DNA of 64,000 nt from Flavobacteriales bacterium (GCA_013214205.1 JABSPQ010000127.1:7613-71612); one strand, 5' to 3'. Positions 1 through 10,577 are shown, counted from the stretch's first letter. Notes: a model not told the origin generated them from the letters alone. Numbers and translations: made by a program.

Positions 1-335
<335 letters not shown>

Positions 336-465
336 CTCTTGCTTCTGCTAGTGCTACTGCCTTCTCTTTGAAAGCAGAATCAAATGTTCTTCGTTTTTCC
401 ATTTTGTAAAGTTAATAATGGTGACATTCTCTTAACTAACCCTCCACTCAAATGTAGCAAGTCCA
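336..465 (-). mobile_element. Left end of a second IS3-family element with truncated orfA (ATG at 402, MEKRRTFDSAFKEKAVALAEAR)
   Basis: Minus strand begins TGGACTTGCTACATTTGAGTGGAGG, similar to the IR ending at 335; the peptide resembles an HTH_Tnp_1 start and is cut exactly at the other element's end. Confidence 0.8.
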
Positions 466-479
466 TAATGCGACAGAGT

Positions 480-652
480 GTGGAAAAAACGGAGCCGTTG
501 AGCACCTTATTTCGGAAATCTTTGAGCAGATCCACTCCAACTCAATAATATCGTTAATGATTCATATTAAGGTATTTTAAATATGATTTGTATTTAATTT
601 GAGTGCTCACTTTAAACCGATAATAGGTGCTCACCTTGTCCGACATTTCCAC
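480..652. mobile_element. Non-autonomous IS21-like miniature element
   Basis: Imperfect IRs GTGGAAAAAACGGAGCCGTTGAGCACCTTATTTCGG and (rc) GTGGAAATGTCGGACAAGGTGAGCACCTATTATCGG, each with a second internal TGAGCA repeat ~24 bp inward; no ORF. Confidence 0.6.
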
Positions 653-667
653 TGACGATTTACAAAC

Positions 668-710
668 AAAAAAAACCTGAGTCGAAATAAGATTATTATT
701 CAACTCAGGA
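668..710 (-). terminator. Intrinsic terminator downstream of the T9SS gene
   Basis: CCTGAGTCGAA...TTCAACTCAGG stem with an adjacent A-run (U-tail on the minus strand). Confidence 0.6.
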
Positions 711-735
711 TCATTAATATTTCGGATAAACTAGT

Positions 736-2460
736 CTATTCTTTTATCACTTTATAAGAAGATGTATTGTCTTCTATAATAACATTAATAATGTAAATCC
801 CCACTGGCCCGTCTAAAGTTACTTCTATGCTATCCGAACTTGAATAAGTTGATTTACTCACTTGGTTACCAAATAAGTCCAATACAACCACTTCCGATTG
901 ACCTGATCCTTTGGGGATTGTAATAATTACCTTTCCAGTTGTAGGGTTAGGATAAATGGCATGGTTAAATGTCATTAAGTCATTAATGGCAGTGGCATTA
1001 TCCGCTTCTCCAAGCCTTTGTATGAATAACGTACCACCAGTAGCGTCAGTAGTTAATTCATCAACAACAGAGGTAGGATCAACATCCACTATAGAATTAA
1101 ATTCCCCTGTATAGTATAAGTCATCACGATATCCAGCAGATAACATAACAATTTCCTCACCACCCAGGTTTAGCTGAAGGCTATAAGCTGTTTCGAAGGT
1201 GCCACTTGTATCAAATTTAGAGACAAAAGTATATCCGTCGTTATTAAATAATTGTAATGCGTTAATAGTAGGATCAAAGTCGCTGTTACCAGTGAATTCT
1301 CCGCTAATGTACAAACTTGACCCGTTTGGTTCTACGGACATTGAGTTTATATTAATTCCCGCGTTTACACCATATTGGTTTACCCATTCAAAACCACCAT
1401 TCTTATCATATTTAACTAAAAATGTTTCCCCTCCTACATATTGTAACGTATAACTTCCGCTGTCTAAATCATAGTCCGCAGTACCATAGACGTACCCACT
1501 GATATAAAAGCTACCAGATTTATCCATTGTAAACTTTTGCGGATAGACTTGTGTTGTAGACTCAAGCACTCTTCCCCAAATAAAGTCACCAGCATCACTA
1601 TATTTAGCAATAGTTGTAAAAGTATTATTGGATGATGTAAGAACTGAATCGTTAGTACTTGGATCATAATCCCCTGCTCCTTGGACGCTATTAACTAAAA
1701 TCAAATCACCTTCGGGTGTCTGACCCATTCCAATGTTTGATTCACCCGAGCTACCACCTAATTGCTTTACCCATTGAAAATCTCCTGAAGCATCCATTTT
1801 CATTAAAAAGATATCAAAATCTCCAAACGCTGTTAGTACCCCTCCTGTTCCTAACGAGTCAAAATCTTGAGTTCCCCTAAAGACTCCAGATACATAAACT
1901 TCTTGATTATCGTTAATGACGATCTGCGATGGCGAAATATCATCATTCCCAATAGCGTCGAATAACTTAGTCCAAACTGGATCACCATTAGCGGTAAGCT
2001 TTATAACGATCCCACTTGAGTTCCATGATTTAGTATCGTATAAATCCTCTGACGCAGTATGATCTAAATCAATTTCACCAGCGATGCTGCCTATAAAATA
2101 CACATTCCCTGCCGAATCAAGTTTAATGTCTTTTGTCCAAAAATCACCGGTCGTTTCATAAAGTCTCGCCCACAGAAACTCTCCATCAACATTGTATTTG
2201 CTGATCACTGCACTCCTGCCTTTTGTGATTGTTATCATAGAATCGTTTTCTGAAGGATCGAAGTCATACGTCCCAGGGTTCATGATACTCGTAATGTACA
2301 CGCTTCCATCAGGCGCTGCTATTATTGGTCCGGGATAGCAATATGAGGCCCCATTTGTATCAGAAAGTGCATGTGCCCAATTTAATGGAGGGATGCCTGT
2401 TCCTAAGGAATAAAATATCGTAACAAAAAACACTGATAACGTGAGTAGTAGTCTTTTCAT
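736..2460 (-). CDS. T9SS type A sorting domain protein with SBBP-like beta-propeller repeats
   Basis: Signal peptide; repeated DFDP and G.F.W motifs; C-terminal IYPNPT...G.Y.I...YKVIKE. Confidence 0.88.
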   Translation of the reverse strand: MKRLLLTLSVFFVTIFYSLGTGIPPLNWAHALSDTNGASYCYPGPIIAAPDGSVYITSIMNPGTYDFDPSENDSMITITKGRSAVISKYNVDGEFLWARLYETTGDFWTKDIKLDSAGNVYFIGSIAGEIDLDHTASEDLYDTKSWNSSGIVIKLTANGDPVWTKLFDAIGNDDISPSQIVINDNQEVYVSGVFRGTQDFDSLGTGGVLTAFGDFDIFLMKMDASGDFQWVKQLGGSSGESNIGMGQTPEGDLILVNSVQGAGDYDPSTNDSVLTSSNNTFTTIAKYSDAGDFIWGRVLESTTQVYPQKFTMDKSGSFYISGYVYGTADYDLDSGSYTLQYVGGETFLVKYDKNGGFEWVNQYGVNAGININSMSVEPNGSSLYISGEFTGNSDFDPTINALQLFNNDGYTFVSKFDTSGTFETAYSLQLNLGGEEIVMLSAGYRDDLYYTGEFNSIVDVDPTSVVDELTTDATGGTLFIQRLGEADNATAINDLMTFNHAIYPNPTTGKVIITIPKGSGQSEVVVLDLFGNQVSKSTYSSSDSIEVTLDGPVGIYIINVIIEDNTSSYKVIKE

Positions 2461-2783
2461 ATTTTTAAATATTAGCCCAATGTACCTTTTAGATGAGTCT
2501 TTCTATTGTATATTCTGTGAAATGCATCCTTTTTTTGATGAATGACGGAATACTTCGTGTAGATGAAAATTCGATAGGTTGGTCTACAACAAGGGCATCA
2601 TTAACATGGCAATAAATAATTTTTTCATACATTTAAATTGCAAGTGATAAACGTTGCGCCATAACATTGGCTCCCATAGTGGAGCCGAAAAGCACCACTA
2701 CCAATATTTTTAAAACTTGATTCCTCACTTTAATATTTTGTCTTATTCTTCTAGTCTAATTTCCTACTGTTATATTAAGACGA

Positions 2784-3502
2784 TTAATATATCTGAATAT
2801 TACATTCTTTCACCTCCCTATCCAACTTTCTAGCATTACCAGATACCGAATCAAGCAAACTCCAAAATTCCTTGCTATGGTTCTTTACTTTGGTATGTGA
2901 TAGTTCATGAAGTATAACGTAATCAACCAACCGATCTGGTAAACGCATTAGATGCAAACTGAGATTGATATTATTATCCACGGAGCAGCTTCCCCAACGT
3001 GTCTTGGAGTTTCTTACAGACACCTTTTTATACTTAAAATCATGTTTACTAGCTAATTCTTGAACTCGAATTGGCAAGAATATTTTAGCTTCCTTTTTCC
3101 ATGCTTTTTCAATTCCATGCCTTACCTCTAATTGAACCTTCTCGTTTTCAAAAGGTAATGCCTAGGCACCAAAACAGTAATACGATTATCTTTTACTATC
3201 GTATTAACTTCTTCGACGTCTGCATGACTTACGTCTAACAAGTGTTCTCTAGTTTTAAACCTGGACTTAGAATCAAATAAGGTAAAGTCATTCTCGGCCA
3301 ACTTCATTTTTGATAAATGGCTCTTAATCCATCCCATTCTCTGCTCGACTGCCTTTTTCGCCTTCTTGAAGCTTATTAGCTGAGGCACTGATACACGCAC
3401 TCCTTCAAAAGGCTTAATCGTAATGTTTATGCTTTTAGCCCTATTGCTTTTGTAGAATAGTAAATCTATGCCATCGATATGTTCGAGTTGTTCCGGCATC
3501 AA
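2784..3502 (-). pseudogene. M48/YgjP (DUF45) metallopeptidase, frameshifted near 3140
   Basis: N-half has RAKSINITIKP..VRVSVP and C-half has KTRWGSCS...YVILHELSH, in different frames; the second frame is open upstream (EVRHGIEKAWKKEAKIFLP). Confidence 0.85.
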
Positions 3503-3953
3503 TAGTATTGGATTACATATTTCATTAATTGCTTAGCAAATGGGATATAATCAACTTTCTCTTTTGTAATAGCAGAATGAACCTTAGCCCGACTAACCAG
3601 CTTCTTAATTATTTCAACCCTTATTTTGTCTTCTACTGAACCTTGTTTCTGCCAACCTTCAAAGTCTTTGGTAAGTTCTGTAGCTATTGAGTTTATTTCC
3701 TTTGTTATTAATTCAACCAGCTCCTCATTATCAATTTTTCGGGCTAACATCTGACTTATTGCCCTTTCTCCCATTGATAAATCTGACGCTAACTCTTGCT
3801 CTTGTGCATGGTTTACGTCATTCATAATTGTACAGAGTAGTGAGTATGTATCATCTACTTCTTCATCTCTACGTTTAATAATGGATTCCAAACGCTCCTG
3901 TAAGGTCTTGTATATTGGTAAATCTTCGGCTTTAATTCTTAACGTAGCTCTTA
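3499..3953 (-). pseudogene. C-terminal fragment of a probable type I restriction subunit HsdR (DUF3387-like)
   Basis: Frame open to ~3953 (LRATLRIKAEDLPIYKTLQERLESII...W.KQGSVEDKIR); overlaps the M48 gene start as in hsdR-YgjP pairs; no start or N-terminus. Confidence 0.6.
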
Positions 3954-3954
3954 G

Positions 3955-5271
3955 TGGTCTAGGTTCTCAAGAAATACTCTTGGAGCATTACTAGTAATAG
4001 AAATCTTCGAGAAGCTTAATATAGAAATAAACAGTATTGAAAATTGGATAGATTACGAAGACCCTAATCAGAAATTAATGTAATTAATGTATCTCGGAAT
4101 ACCAGAGGTAGATAATAAGATCAGAAGCAACAAAGTTAGAACAGGAATGAGACAAGGCCTAAAAGAAGGTCGCTGGAATTGCTCACAACCTAAAGGTTAT
4201 ATCCCTGGTCGGGATGAACAAGGTAAAGTTCTAATGCAATTAGACCCTATTAAAGCCCCTCTAATAAAGCAACTTTTTACAGATTTTGCTGTTGGAACAT
4301 TTTCTCAAAGTGAAATCTTAAAGATGCCTAAATATGGACTTCTTGGCCTATCAAAAAGCCATCTAAGTAGAATGCTACAGTTTGAGATTTACACTGGAAT
4401 TATAAAAGTTCCTGCATATAAAGATGAACCAGAGCAAATAGTTAAAGGACTACATGAGCCAATCATTGATGAAGACACTTTTAACAAAGTACAAATTCAA
4501 CTAGGACTACGTAAAAGACAAAAACAGAAGCCATCTAAACTTAACGATAACCTACCTTTAAGAGGTTTTCTTGAGTGCCAGTCGTGCGGAGGAAACCTAA
4601 CAGGTAGTGCATCAAGAAGCAAAACAGGTAAAAAACACTACTACTATCATTGTAGTAACGGATGCAAAGAGCGCATTAAAGTCAGTGACGCTCATAATGC
4701 CTTTAATAGCTTATTGAACGATATAACGCCAACAGAGGAAGTTTGCGAACTATTTAAAGCAATCCTAGAAGACAAATACAAGTCTTCTGCTGAAAGCAAA
4801 CACAATCAGATTCATTAATTAAAAGGTGACATAAAGAAGATCGAGGGCAGGAAGCAAGTACTGACTGAAAAATTGGTTGATGGAATAATTGATGATAACA
4901 CTTACACAGGCAGCAAGAAGGACTTTGACAAAAAACTGTTAAAATTGAAAGGACAATTGTTTCAACTCGGAGGAGAAGATAATGACATACGGGACTTTGT
5001 ACAATTTGGCACCAACCTATTAACAAACATCCATTATTTCTATTCAAAATCCTCTGTAGTACTAAAGCAAAAGTTGTTGAGTTCGATATTGAAGGGTAAA
5101 TTGATATTTAATGGAGAAAAGTATCGAACCGCTATCTTTAAGGATGCAATCTCATTTATTTGTGGTAGTGTCAAGGCTTTGCAAGGAATGAAAATAAAAA
5201 GAGGAAACACTCTTTCGAATATTTCCCCTCAAGTAGTCCGTAGGGGAATCGAACCCCTGTTACCAGGATGA
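3955..5271 (+). pseudogene. Large serine recombinase, N-terminally truncated, two in-frame TAA stops (4081, 4816)
   Basis: WSRFSRN motif, recombinase domain (Y.G...GLHEPII), zinc ribbon LRGFLECQSCG...YYYHC and coiled coil, all in one frame. Confidence 0.9.
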
Positions 5272-5305
5272 AAACCTGGCGTCCTAACCCCTAGACGAAC
5301 GGACC
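5234..5305 (-). tRNA. tRNA-Glu(TTC)
   Basis: Acceptor GGTCCGT/ACGGACT, anticodon arm CCAGG-TTTTCAT-CCTGG, T-arm GGGGTTCGATTCCCC; CCA not encoded. Confidence 0.97.
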
Positions 5306-5331
5306 ATTATCCCCTTTTTCTCAAGGGAGTG

Positions 5332-5362
5332 CAAATTTAAAAAACTATATAGTATCTCCAAA
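5332..5362 (-). promoter_or_regulatory. Bacteroidota housekeeping promoter for tRNA-Glu
   Basis: TTTG-N19-TAAATTTG matches the -33/-7 consensus. Confidence 0.75.
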
Positions 5363-5380
5363 GTTTTATTGAAAAAGGAT

Positions 5381-6076
5381 TCAAGATTTTACATCATTCT
5401 CTGATTGCATCTTGAAACCGAGCCTTTTAGATGTTTTTAATCCCATTTTTGAGATTGAATCCACTATTTCTTTAAGCGTCACTTCTTCAACTTCATCATA
5501 CGGAGGCACATAGAGATCAAAATTGATACAATACAGTATCGATGACTCTATTATGTCTTTAATATCTTTATTTTTTATCTTACTATTTACAAAATCGTTG
5601 AACAAAACGCCCATTTGTCGCTTGCCTTCCACAAAGTAATGACCGTCCATATTAACAAAGATTCGAGCCACCAAATACCCCGAATCATTGTGGCGCTGAA
5701 ATTTGAATGAATCAGCTAAAAAATTATAGACGTTTATTATTCCACAATAGGCTCTTAAAGGCTCATCTTTAACGTATGAAGTGTTCCAAACATGATGATC
5801 TTTATCAAATAGAAACGCGTTGGTATGCATCTGAAAAACGATGATGTCACCCCCTATTTTAATCTCGGCCTCGTAATTTCCTTTCTCTCTAAATTCAACA
5901 GCCAACTTCTTATCAACTTTACCCGCCTTTTTCCCTAGAGAAATGGCGCTTTTTTCCAACTCGGTTTTAAAATCTGCGAAGATTTCATACAACTGAGTAT
6001 ATACGTTGACTTTAGTAAGTGTTTTTTCTGTGAGTGTTTCGAGTATAAGTTCTGTAGCGGACTTTTGTTTTTCCAT
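5381..6076 (-). CDS. Conserved hypothetical protein
   Basis: 231-aa ORF 5 bp downstream of proS with protein-like composition; no motif recognised. Confidence 0.75.
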   Translation of the reverse strand: MEKQKSATELILETLTEKTLTKVNVYTQLYEIFADFKTELEKSAISLGKKAGKVDKKLAVEFREKGNYEAEIKIGGDIIVFQMHTNAFLFDKDHHVWNTSYVKDEPLRAYCGIINVYNFLADSFKFQRHNDSGYLVARIFVNMDGHYFVEGKRQMGVLFNDFVNSKIKNKDIKDIIESSILYCINFDLYVPPYDEVEEVTLKEIVDSISKMGLKTSKRLGFKMQSENDVKS

Positions 6077-6081
6077 AAGGA

Positions 6082-7557
6082 TTAGTAGGCTTTCGCGAAG
6101 ATCACCCTTCTTTTAGACGGTTTTTTGGTGAGGATACATTCCCCATCTTCATCTATAACGTCTAAAGGTATACAACGTATTGTGGCCTTCGTTTGTTCCT
6201 TTATTTTTTGTTCGGTTTCCGCTGTTCCATCCCAATGCGCTGACACCATGCCCTTTCCCTCTTTCATGACTTTTTTGAACTCATCAAAATCGTCAATTTT
6301 TTGTAAATTATTTTTTCTAAAATCGAGTGCTTTATCAAATAAGTTCTGCTGAATCTCTTTTAAAAGGTCATCAACATACTTATCAATTGTTGCTCTTTCA
6401 ACAGTAGTTTTTTCTTTCGTATCTCTTCGAGCTACTTCTATAGTTCCGTTTTCTAAATCTCTTTTACCTAACGCCAACCTAACTGGCACGCCTTTAAGCT
6501 CATAATCAGCAAATTTCCAACCTGGTTTATGGGTATCTCGGTTGTCGTATTTAACCTCTATACCTTTTGCTTCCAACTTGGATTTAATTTCAAAGGCAAC
6601 TTCGTTAATCTCTGCCAACTGCTCTTCTCCTTTATAAATAGGAACGATAACCACGGGGTAAGGAGCCAATTGAGGAGGTAATACCAAGCCAGAATCATCT
6701 GAATGAGCCATAACCAATGCGCCCATCAATCTGGTAGAAACGCCCCATGAAGATGCCCAAACGTGTTCTAATTTTCCTTCTTTAGTAGCAAATTTTACAT
6801 CGAATGCTTTGGCAAAATTCTGACCTAAGAAATGAGATGTTCCCATTTGTAAAGCCTTTCCATCTTGCATTAATCCTTCAATACAATAAGTTTCTACTGC
6901 ACCTGCAAATCTTTCTGTTGGTGTTTTTAGTCCTTTAATAACCGGAATCGCCATAAATTTTTCGGAGAAGTCGGCATATACATCCAGCATTTTTTCGGTT
7001 TCCTCTAGCGCTTCCGATTCTAATGCATGTGCAGTATGGCCTTCTTGCCAAAGAAACTCGGATGTTCTTAAAAATAATCGCGTTCTCATTTCCCAACGCA
7101 TTACGTTGCACCACTGATTGATTAAAAGTGGTAAATCTCTATAAGATTGAACCCAACCTCTAAAAGTGTTCCAAATAATGGTTTCTGAAGTTGGTCTTAT
7201 TATTAACTCTTCCTCTAATTTGGCATCTGGGTCAACAACTACGCCAGTGCCATCTTCGCTTGTTTTTAATCGGTAATGGGTTACTACGGCACACTCTTTT
7301 GCAAATCCCTCAATATGATCTGCTTCTTTGCTTAAATATGATTTAGGAATCAATAATGGGAAGTAGGCATTTTCGTGACCAGTCTCTTTAAATTTCTTGT
7401 CTAAAATGGCCTGCATTTTCTCCCAAATAGCGTAGCCATATGGCTTAATTATCATGCATCCTCTTACCTCCGAATGCTCCGCCAGTCCTGCTTTAATGAC
7501 AATATCATTGTACCATTGCGAAAAGTCTTCTCTTGATGTTATTCCTTTGTTTTCCAT
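6082..7557 (-). CDS. proS: Proline--tRNA ligase (archaeal/eukaryote type)
   Basis: [34 protein letters not shown]-terminal FAKAY. Confidence 0.98.
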   Translation of the reverse strand: MENKGITSREDFSQWYNDIVIKAGLAEHSEVRGCMIIKPYGYAIWEKMQAILDKKFKETGHENAYFPLLIPKSYLSKEADHIEGFAKECAVVTHYRLKTSEDGTGVVVDPDAKLEEELIIRPTSETIIWNTFRGWVQSYRDLPLLINQWCNVMRWEMRTRLFLRTSEFLWQEGHTAHALESEALEETEKMLDVYADFSEKFMAIPVIKGLKTPTERFAGAVETYCIEGLMQDGKALQMGTSHFLGQNFAKAFDVKFATKEGKLEHVWASSWGVSTRLMGALVMAHSDDSGLVLPPQLAPYPVVIVPIYKGEEQLAEINEVAFEIKSKLEAKGIEVKYDNRDTHKPGWKFADYELKGVPVRLALGKRDLENGTIEVARRDTKEKTTVERATIDKYVDDLLKEIQQNLFDKALDFRKNNLQKIDDFDEFKKVMKEGKGMVSAHWDGTAETEQKIKEQTKATIRCIPLDVIDEDGECILTKKPSKRRVIFAKAY

Positions 7558-7610
7558 TCTGTAGATTTATGGTACGATTTTTGGTTTGTTGCAGCTAATG
7601 CTATAAGAAA

Positions 7611-7618
7611 CAAAATTA
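7611..7618 (-). promoter_or_regulatory. -7 promoter element for proS
   Basis: TAATTTTG ~54 bp upstream of the start. Confidence 0.5.
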
Positions 7619-7638
7619 AAGAATAAGGAGGCTCGATT

Positions 7639-9066
7639 ATGAAAACAACAGTAAAAATATTGATTTTGATGTGCGGCACGCTAAATATGCTGCCTGTAAA
7701 CGCTCAAAATTATTACGACGACATCTATTATACTCCAGCAGATGATTACGGGCAAGACCATGATTCTTATTACAGTAACGACGAAACACAATATTCCGAA
7801 TATTATGATTCATCGGAGTATTATCAAGAAGGTAGCAATACTTATATCACCAATAATTATTATTCTGATGAGTATTACGATAAATCTTATGCAAAAAGGT
7901 TAAGAAGGTTTCATAGCTACAATTACGATCCTTACCGTTACAACAATACTTATTTGCATTTTAATAATTATTATGATCCTTACTACTCATACGGCTACAA
8001 CCACTATAACTCTGGATGGAATGTAGGCTGGAATACCCACACTGGGTGGAATTATGATTTTTCTTATGGCGGAGGCTATGGAAGCTACTATCCTTATAGC
8101 CAGGCTTTCAATTATGGTTATGGTTATGGTTATGGTTATGGTTATGGAGGTCATCACCACCACAACCAATGGGGCCATAACAGTTACTACAATGGATATG
8201 CTTATAACAGCGCTTACAATAATGGTTATAGCGATGGCTACTATTCAAATTCAGGGTATTATAAAACAACCGCTTCTACTTCCAATACTACTTACGAACC
8301 TCGAAGTTCTTCAATAGGTAGCACTAGATCTACTACTTCACCTTACTTAAAGAAAAGAATGATGGAGCAGCCACAGGATAAAAACGGTACAACAAGAACA
8401 ATTGCTCAAACTCCACGAACTAGAAATAATAATAACGGTGCACGAGCTCTTATAGCAAATGAGGTTAGAAATAATAACAAAGGCCCTCAAACACGATCTG
8501 GATCAAGAGCAAATACGACTGGGCTAAACGACAAGCCGGGTGCGGTTACCAGAACCAACCCTAATGCTAACAGAACGCGTGAGCAAAGAGGTACAACTGG
8601 CAGAACGTATGTAGCCAAAACACAAACTCCATCCGCTAACACAAGAACGGTAAATCGCCCACCGGTTAATAGAAACAACAACGGACAACGACCTAATGTG
8701 CAGAGCAATGGTGGTAACAAAACATCCAATAATGCTAAGGTAACACCGCGTCCACGTTTGCAGTACACAAACCGGCCCGATGCAGTGGTGCCTAGAAATA
8801 ATAGTCAAAAAACTACTCAATCACAATCTCGTCCTAAAGTTACGGCTAGACCAAAACAACAGTTGGCACCTACGTACAACAGACCAAAAGCAACACCAAG
8901 AAACAACAGTACACCAAGGCCTAAAACTTATTCTGCACCTAAAACTTACAAACCAGCTCCTAGGTCTACTCCTCGATCTAATTATAGCAAACCCAAGGCC
9001 CCAAGTAGACCAAGCGGTGGTAACAGATCTGGCGGTAGCAAACCTCCAAGAAAGAAAGTATTGTAA
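7639..9066 (+). CDS. Secreted low-complexity protein (Tyr/Gly/Asn-rich N-half, Arg/Pro/Asn-rich C-half)
   Basis: Signal peptide ending VNA-Q; YAKRLRRFH motif; biased composition. Confidence 0.8.
   Translation: MKTTVKILILMCGTLNMLPVNAQNYYDDIYYTPADDYGQDHDSYYSNDETQYSEYYDSSEYYQEGSNTYITNNYYSDEYYDKSYAKRLRRFHSYNYDPYRYNNTYLHFNNYYDPYYSYGYNHYNSGWNVGWNTHTGWNYDFSYGGGYGSYYPYSQAFNYGYGYGYGYGYGGHHHHNQWGHNSYYNGYAYNSAYNNGYSDGYYSNSGYYKTTASTSNTTYEPRSSSIGSTRSTTSPYLKKRMMEQPQDKNGTTRTIAQTPRTRNNNNGARALIANEVRNNNKGPQTRSGSRANTTGLNDKPGAVTRTNPNANRTREQRGTTGRTYVAKTQTPSANTRTVNRPPVNRNNNGQRPNVQSNGGNKTSNNAKVTPRPRLQYTNRPDAVVPRNNSQKTTQSQSRPKVTARPKQQLAPTYNRPKATPRNNSTPRPKTYSAPKTYKPAPRSTPRSNYSKPKAPSRPSGGNRSGGSKPPRKKVL
8113..8148 (+). 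repeat. (TATGGT)5 + TATGGA in-frame hexamer repeat encoding (YG)6
   Basis: Directly visible. Confidence 0.9.
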
Positions 9067-9091
9067 TTCTTAGAAGGCCCAAATAAAATAG

Positions 9092-10516
9092 ATGAAAAAC
9101 TTAATTCGCATATCCTTTACCCTGCTTTGCGCTGCAATAATTCAGCCAGCTACTGCTCAAAACGAGTTTGATGTTTTGAGATATTCTCAGCAGGAAATTA
9201 ACGGTACTTCTAAATTTACAGGCATGGCAGGTGCCGTTGGTGCACTTGGTGGAGATATCACTTCTATGTCGTACAACCCAGCAGGTTTGGCAATTTACCG
9301 AAAATCAGAATTTACTTTTACGCCCCTGTTTTATAGCAACCAAAATTCAACTTCGTACAACGAGTCGCAAAACGACGCTAACCAAGCAGGGCTCTCCATA
9401 GGAAACTTAGGAGTGGTTTTTCACGCTGGCGAAAACACAGGAAAATGGATTGGAGTGAATTACGGTTTCAATATGACGAAAACGGCTTTGTTTACTGAAA
9501 ATATATTTATTCAAGGTACTTCGGAAGGCAATTCATTGGTAGACCAATACCTTAATGAAGCAAACAATGCTGGTATAGGTAACATGGACAATTTATCTTC
9601 AGGAGCGTATGGCGCATTTCACACTTACCTTATCGATACGTTATTCGGTGAGTTTTTTATTGAGTCTCCACTAGAAAAACCGCTCCAAACAAAATCTACT
9701 AAGCAATATGGTAAAATGGCTGAATATTCGTTTGCTCTTGGCGGAAATTATGATGATCGTCTTTACTTAGGCGCTTCATTCGGATATACCGTGGTTAAAT
9801 ATAATTCTCGTACCGAATACTTAGAATTTGATCAAGATTCAATTTCTGCAATCAACTTTTTTGAGATAAAAGAAGAGCTAGGCGTACTAGGCCATGGCTT
9901 AAATCTTAAGATCGGCATGATTTACAAATTGAACAAATGGCTTCGAATGGGTGCGTCGTTGCATACGCCAACCAAATATTACTTGCACAACGAGTTTGAA
10001 CTGAGCATGGAAGCACAATATGATGATGTCGATGAGGATTATATATTTGATCCAGACAGGTCGGAATTTGACTATACCATTAAAACTCCATATAAGGCTA
10101 CTGCCAGCACTGCAATCATTTTTGGGAAGAAAGGCTTAATTAGTGCCGATTTCGAATTTGTAGACTACTCTACCGGCTCACTAAAGGCATTGGGGTATTC
10201 TTTCTCTGATGCAAACAATATAATTGAAGACGATTTTAAACCTGCATTTAACTTAAGAGTAGGTGCGGAATGGAGAGTTCATAATTTCTCTCTTCGAGCT
10301 GGCTATGCAAATTATGGGAGTCCGGATGTGTTAAGTTCTGCACGTACCACTTACACAGGAGGTATTGGCTGGAGAGAGAAAGATTTTTTTGTTGACTTGG
10401 CTTACGCATTAAGCTCATCGTCTAACACGCATTTACTATATAATACTGTGAGTTCTAATACAGAAATATCATCTGTTAGGCACAAAGGCATGTTTACTGT
10501 TGGAATCAACTTCTAA
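9092..10516 (+). CDS. OmpP1/FadL-like outer membrane beta-barrel protein
   Basis: Signal peptide; GT.KF.GMAGA.GALGGD...NPAGL; terminal Phe. Confidence 0.85.
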   Translation: MKNLIRISFTLLCAAIIQPATAQNEFDVLRYSQQEINGTSKFTGMAGAVGALGGDITSMSYNPAGLAIYRKSEFTFTPLFYSNQNSTSYNESQNDANQAGLSIGNLGVVFHAGENTGKWIGVNYGFNMTKTALFTENIFIQGTSEGNSLVDQYLNEANNAGIGNMDNLSSGAYGAFHTYLIDTLFGEFFIESPLEKPLQTKSTKQYGKMAEYSFALGGNYDDRLYLGASFGYTVVKYNSRTEYLEFDQDSISAINFFEIKEELGVLGHGLNLKIGMIYKLNKWLRMGASLHTPTKYYLHNEFELSMEAQYDDVDEDYIFDPDRSEFDYTIKTPYKATASTAIIFGKKGLISADFEFVDYSTGSLKALGYSFSDANNIIEDDFKPAFNLRVGAEWRVHNFSLRAGYANYGSPDVLSSARTTYTGGIGWREKDFFVDLAYALSSSSNTHLLYNTVSSNTEISSVRHKGMFTVGINF

Positions 10517-10542
10517 CAAACCCAATTAGATTATACGTCAAT

Positions 10543-10577
10543 AAAAAAGGGATACTCATTTCTGAATATCCCTTTTT
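10543..10577. terminator. Bidirectional intrinsic terminator
   Basis: AAAAAAGGGATA...TATCCCTTTTT between convergent genes. Confidence 0.8.

Noticed and set aside
2490-2570. GATGAA/GTGAAA repeats as LytTR-type boxes upstream of the T9SS gene
   Set aside because: Spacing is irregular (about 25, 20 and 25 bp) and the motif is too short to support
4081-4818. Stop-codon recoding in the recombinase (two TAA, both followed by TTA)
   Set aside because: TAA is the normal stop in the core genes here, the gene is also 5'-truncated and its neighbours are decayed; ordinary pseudogenisation is simpler
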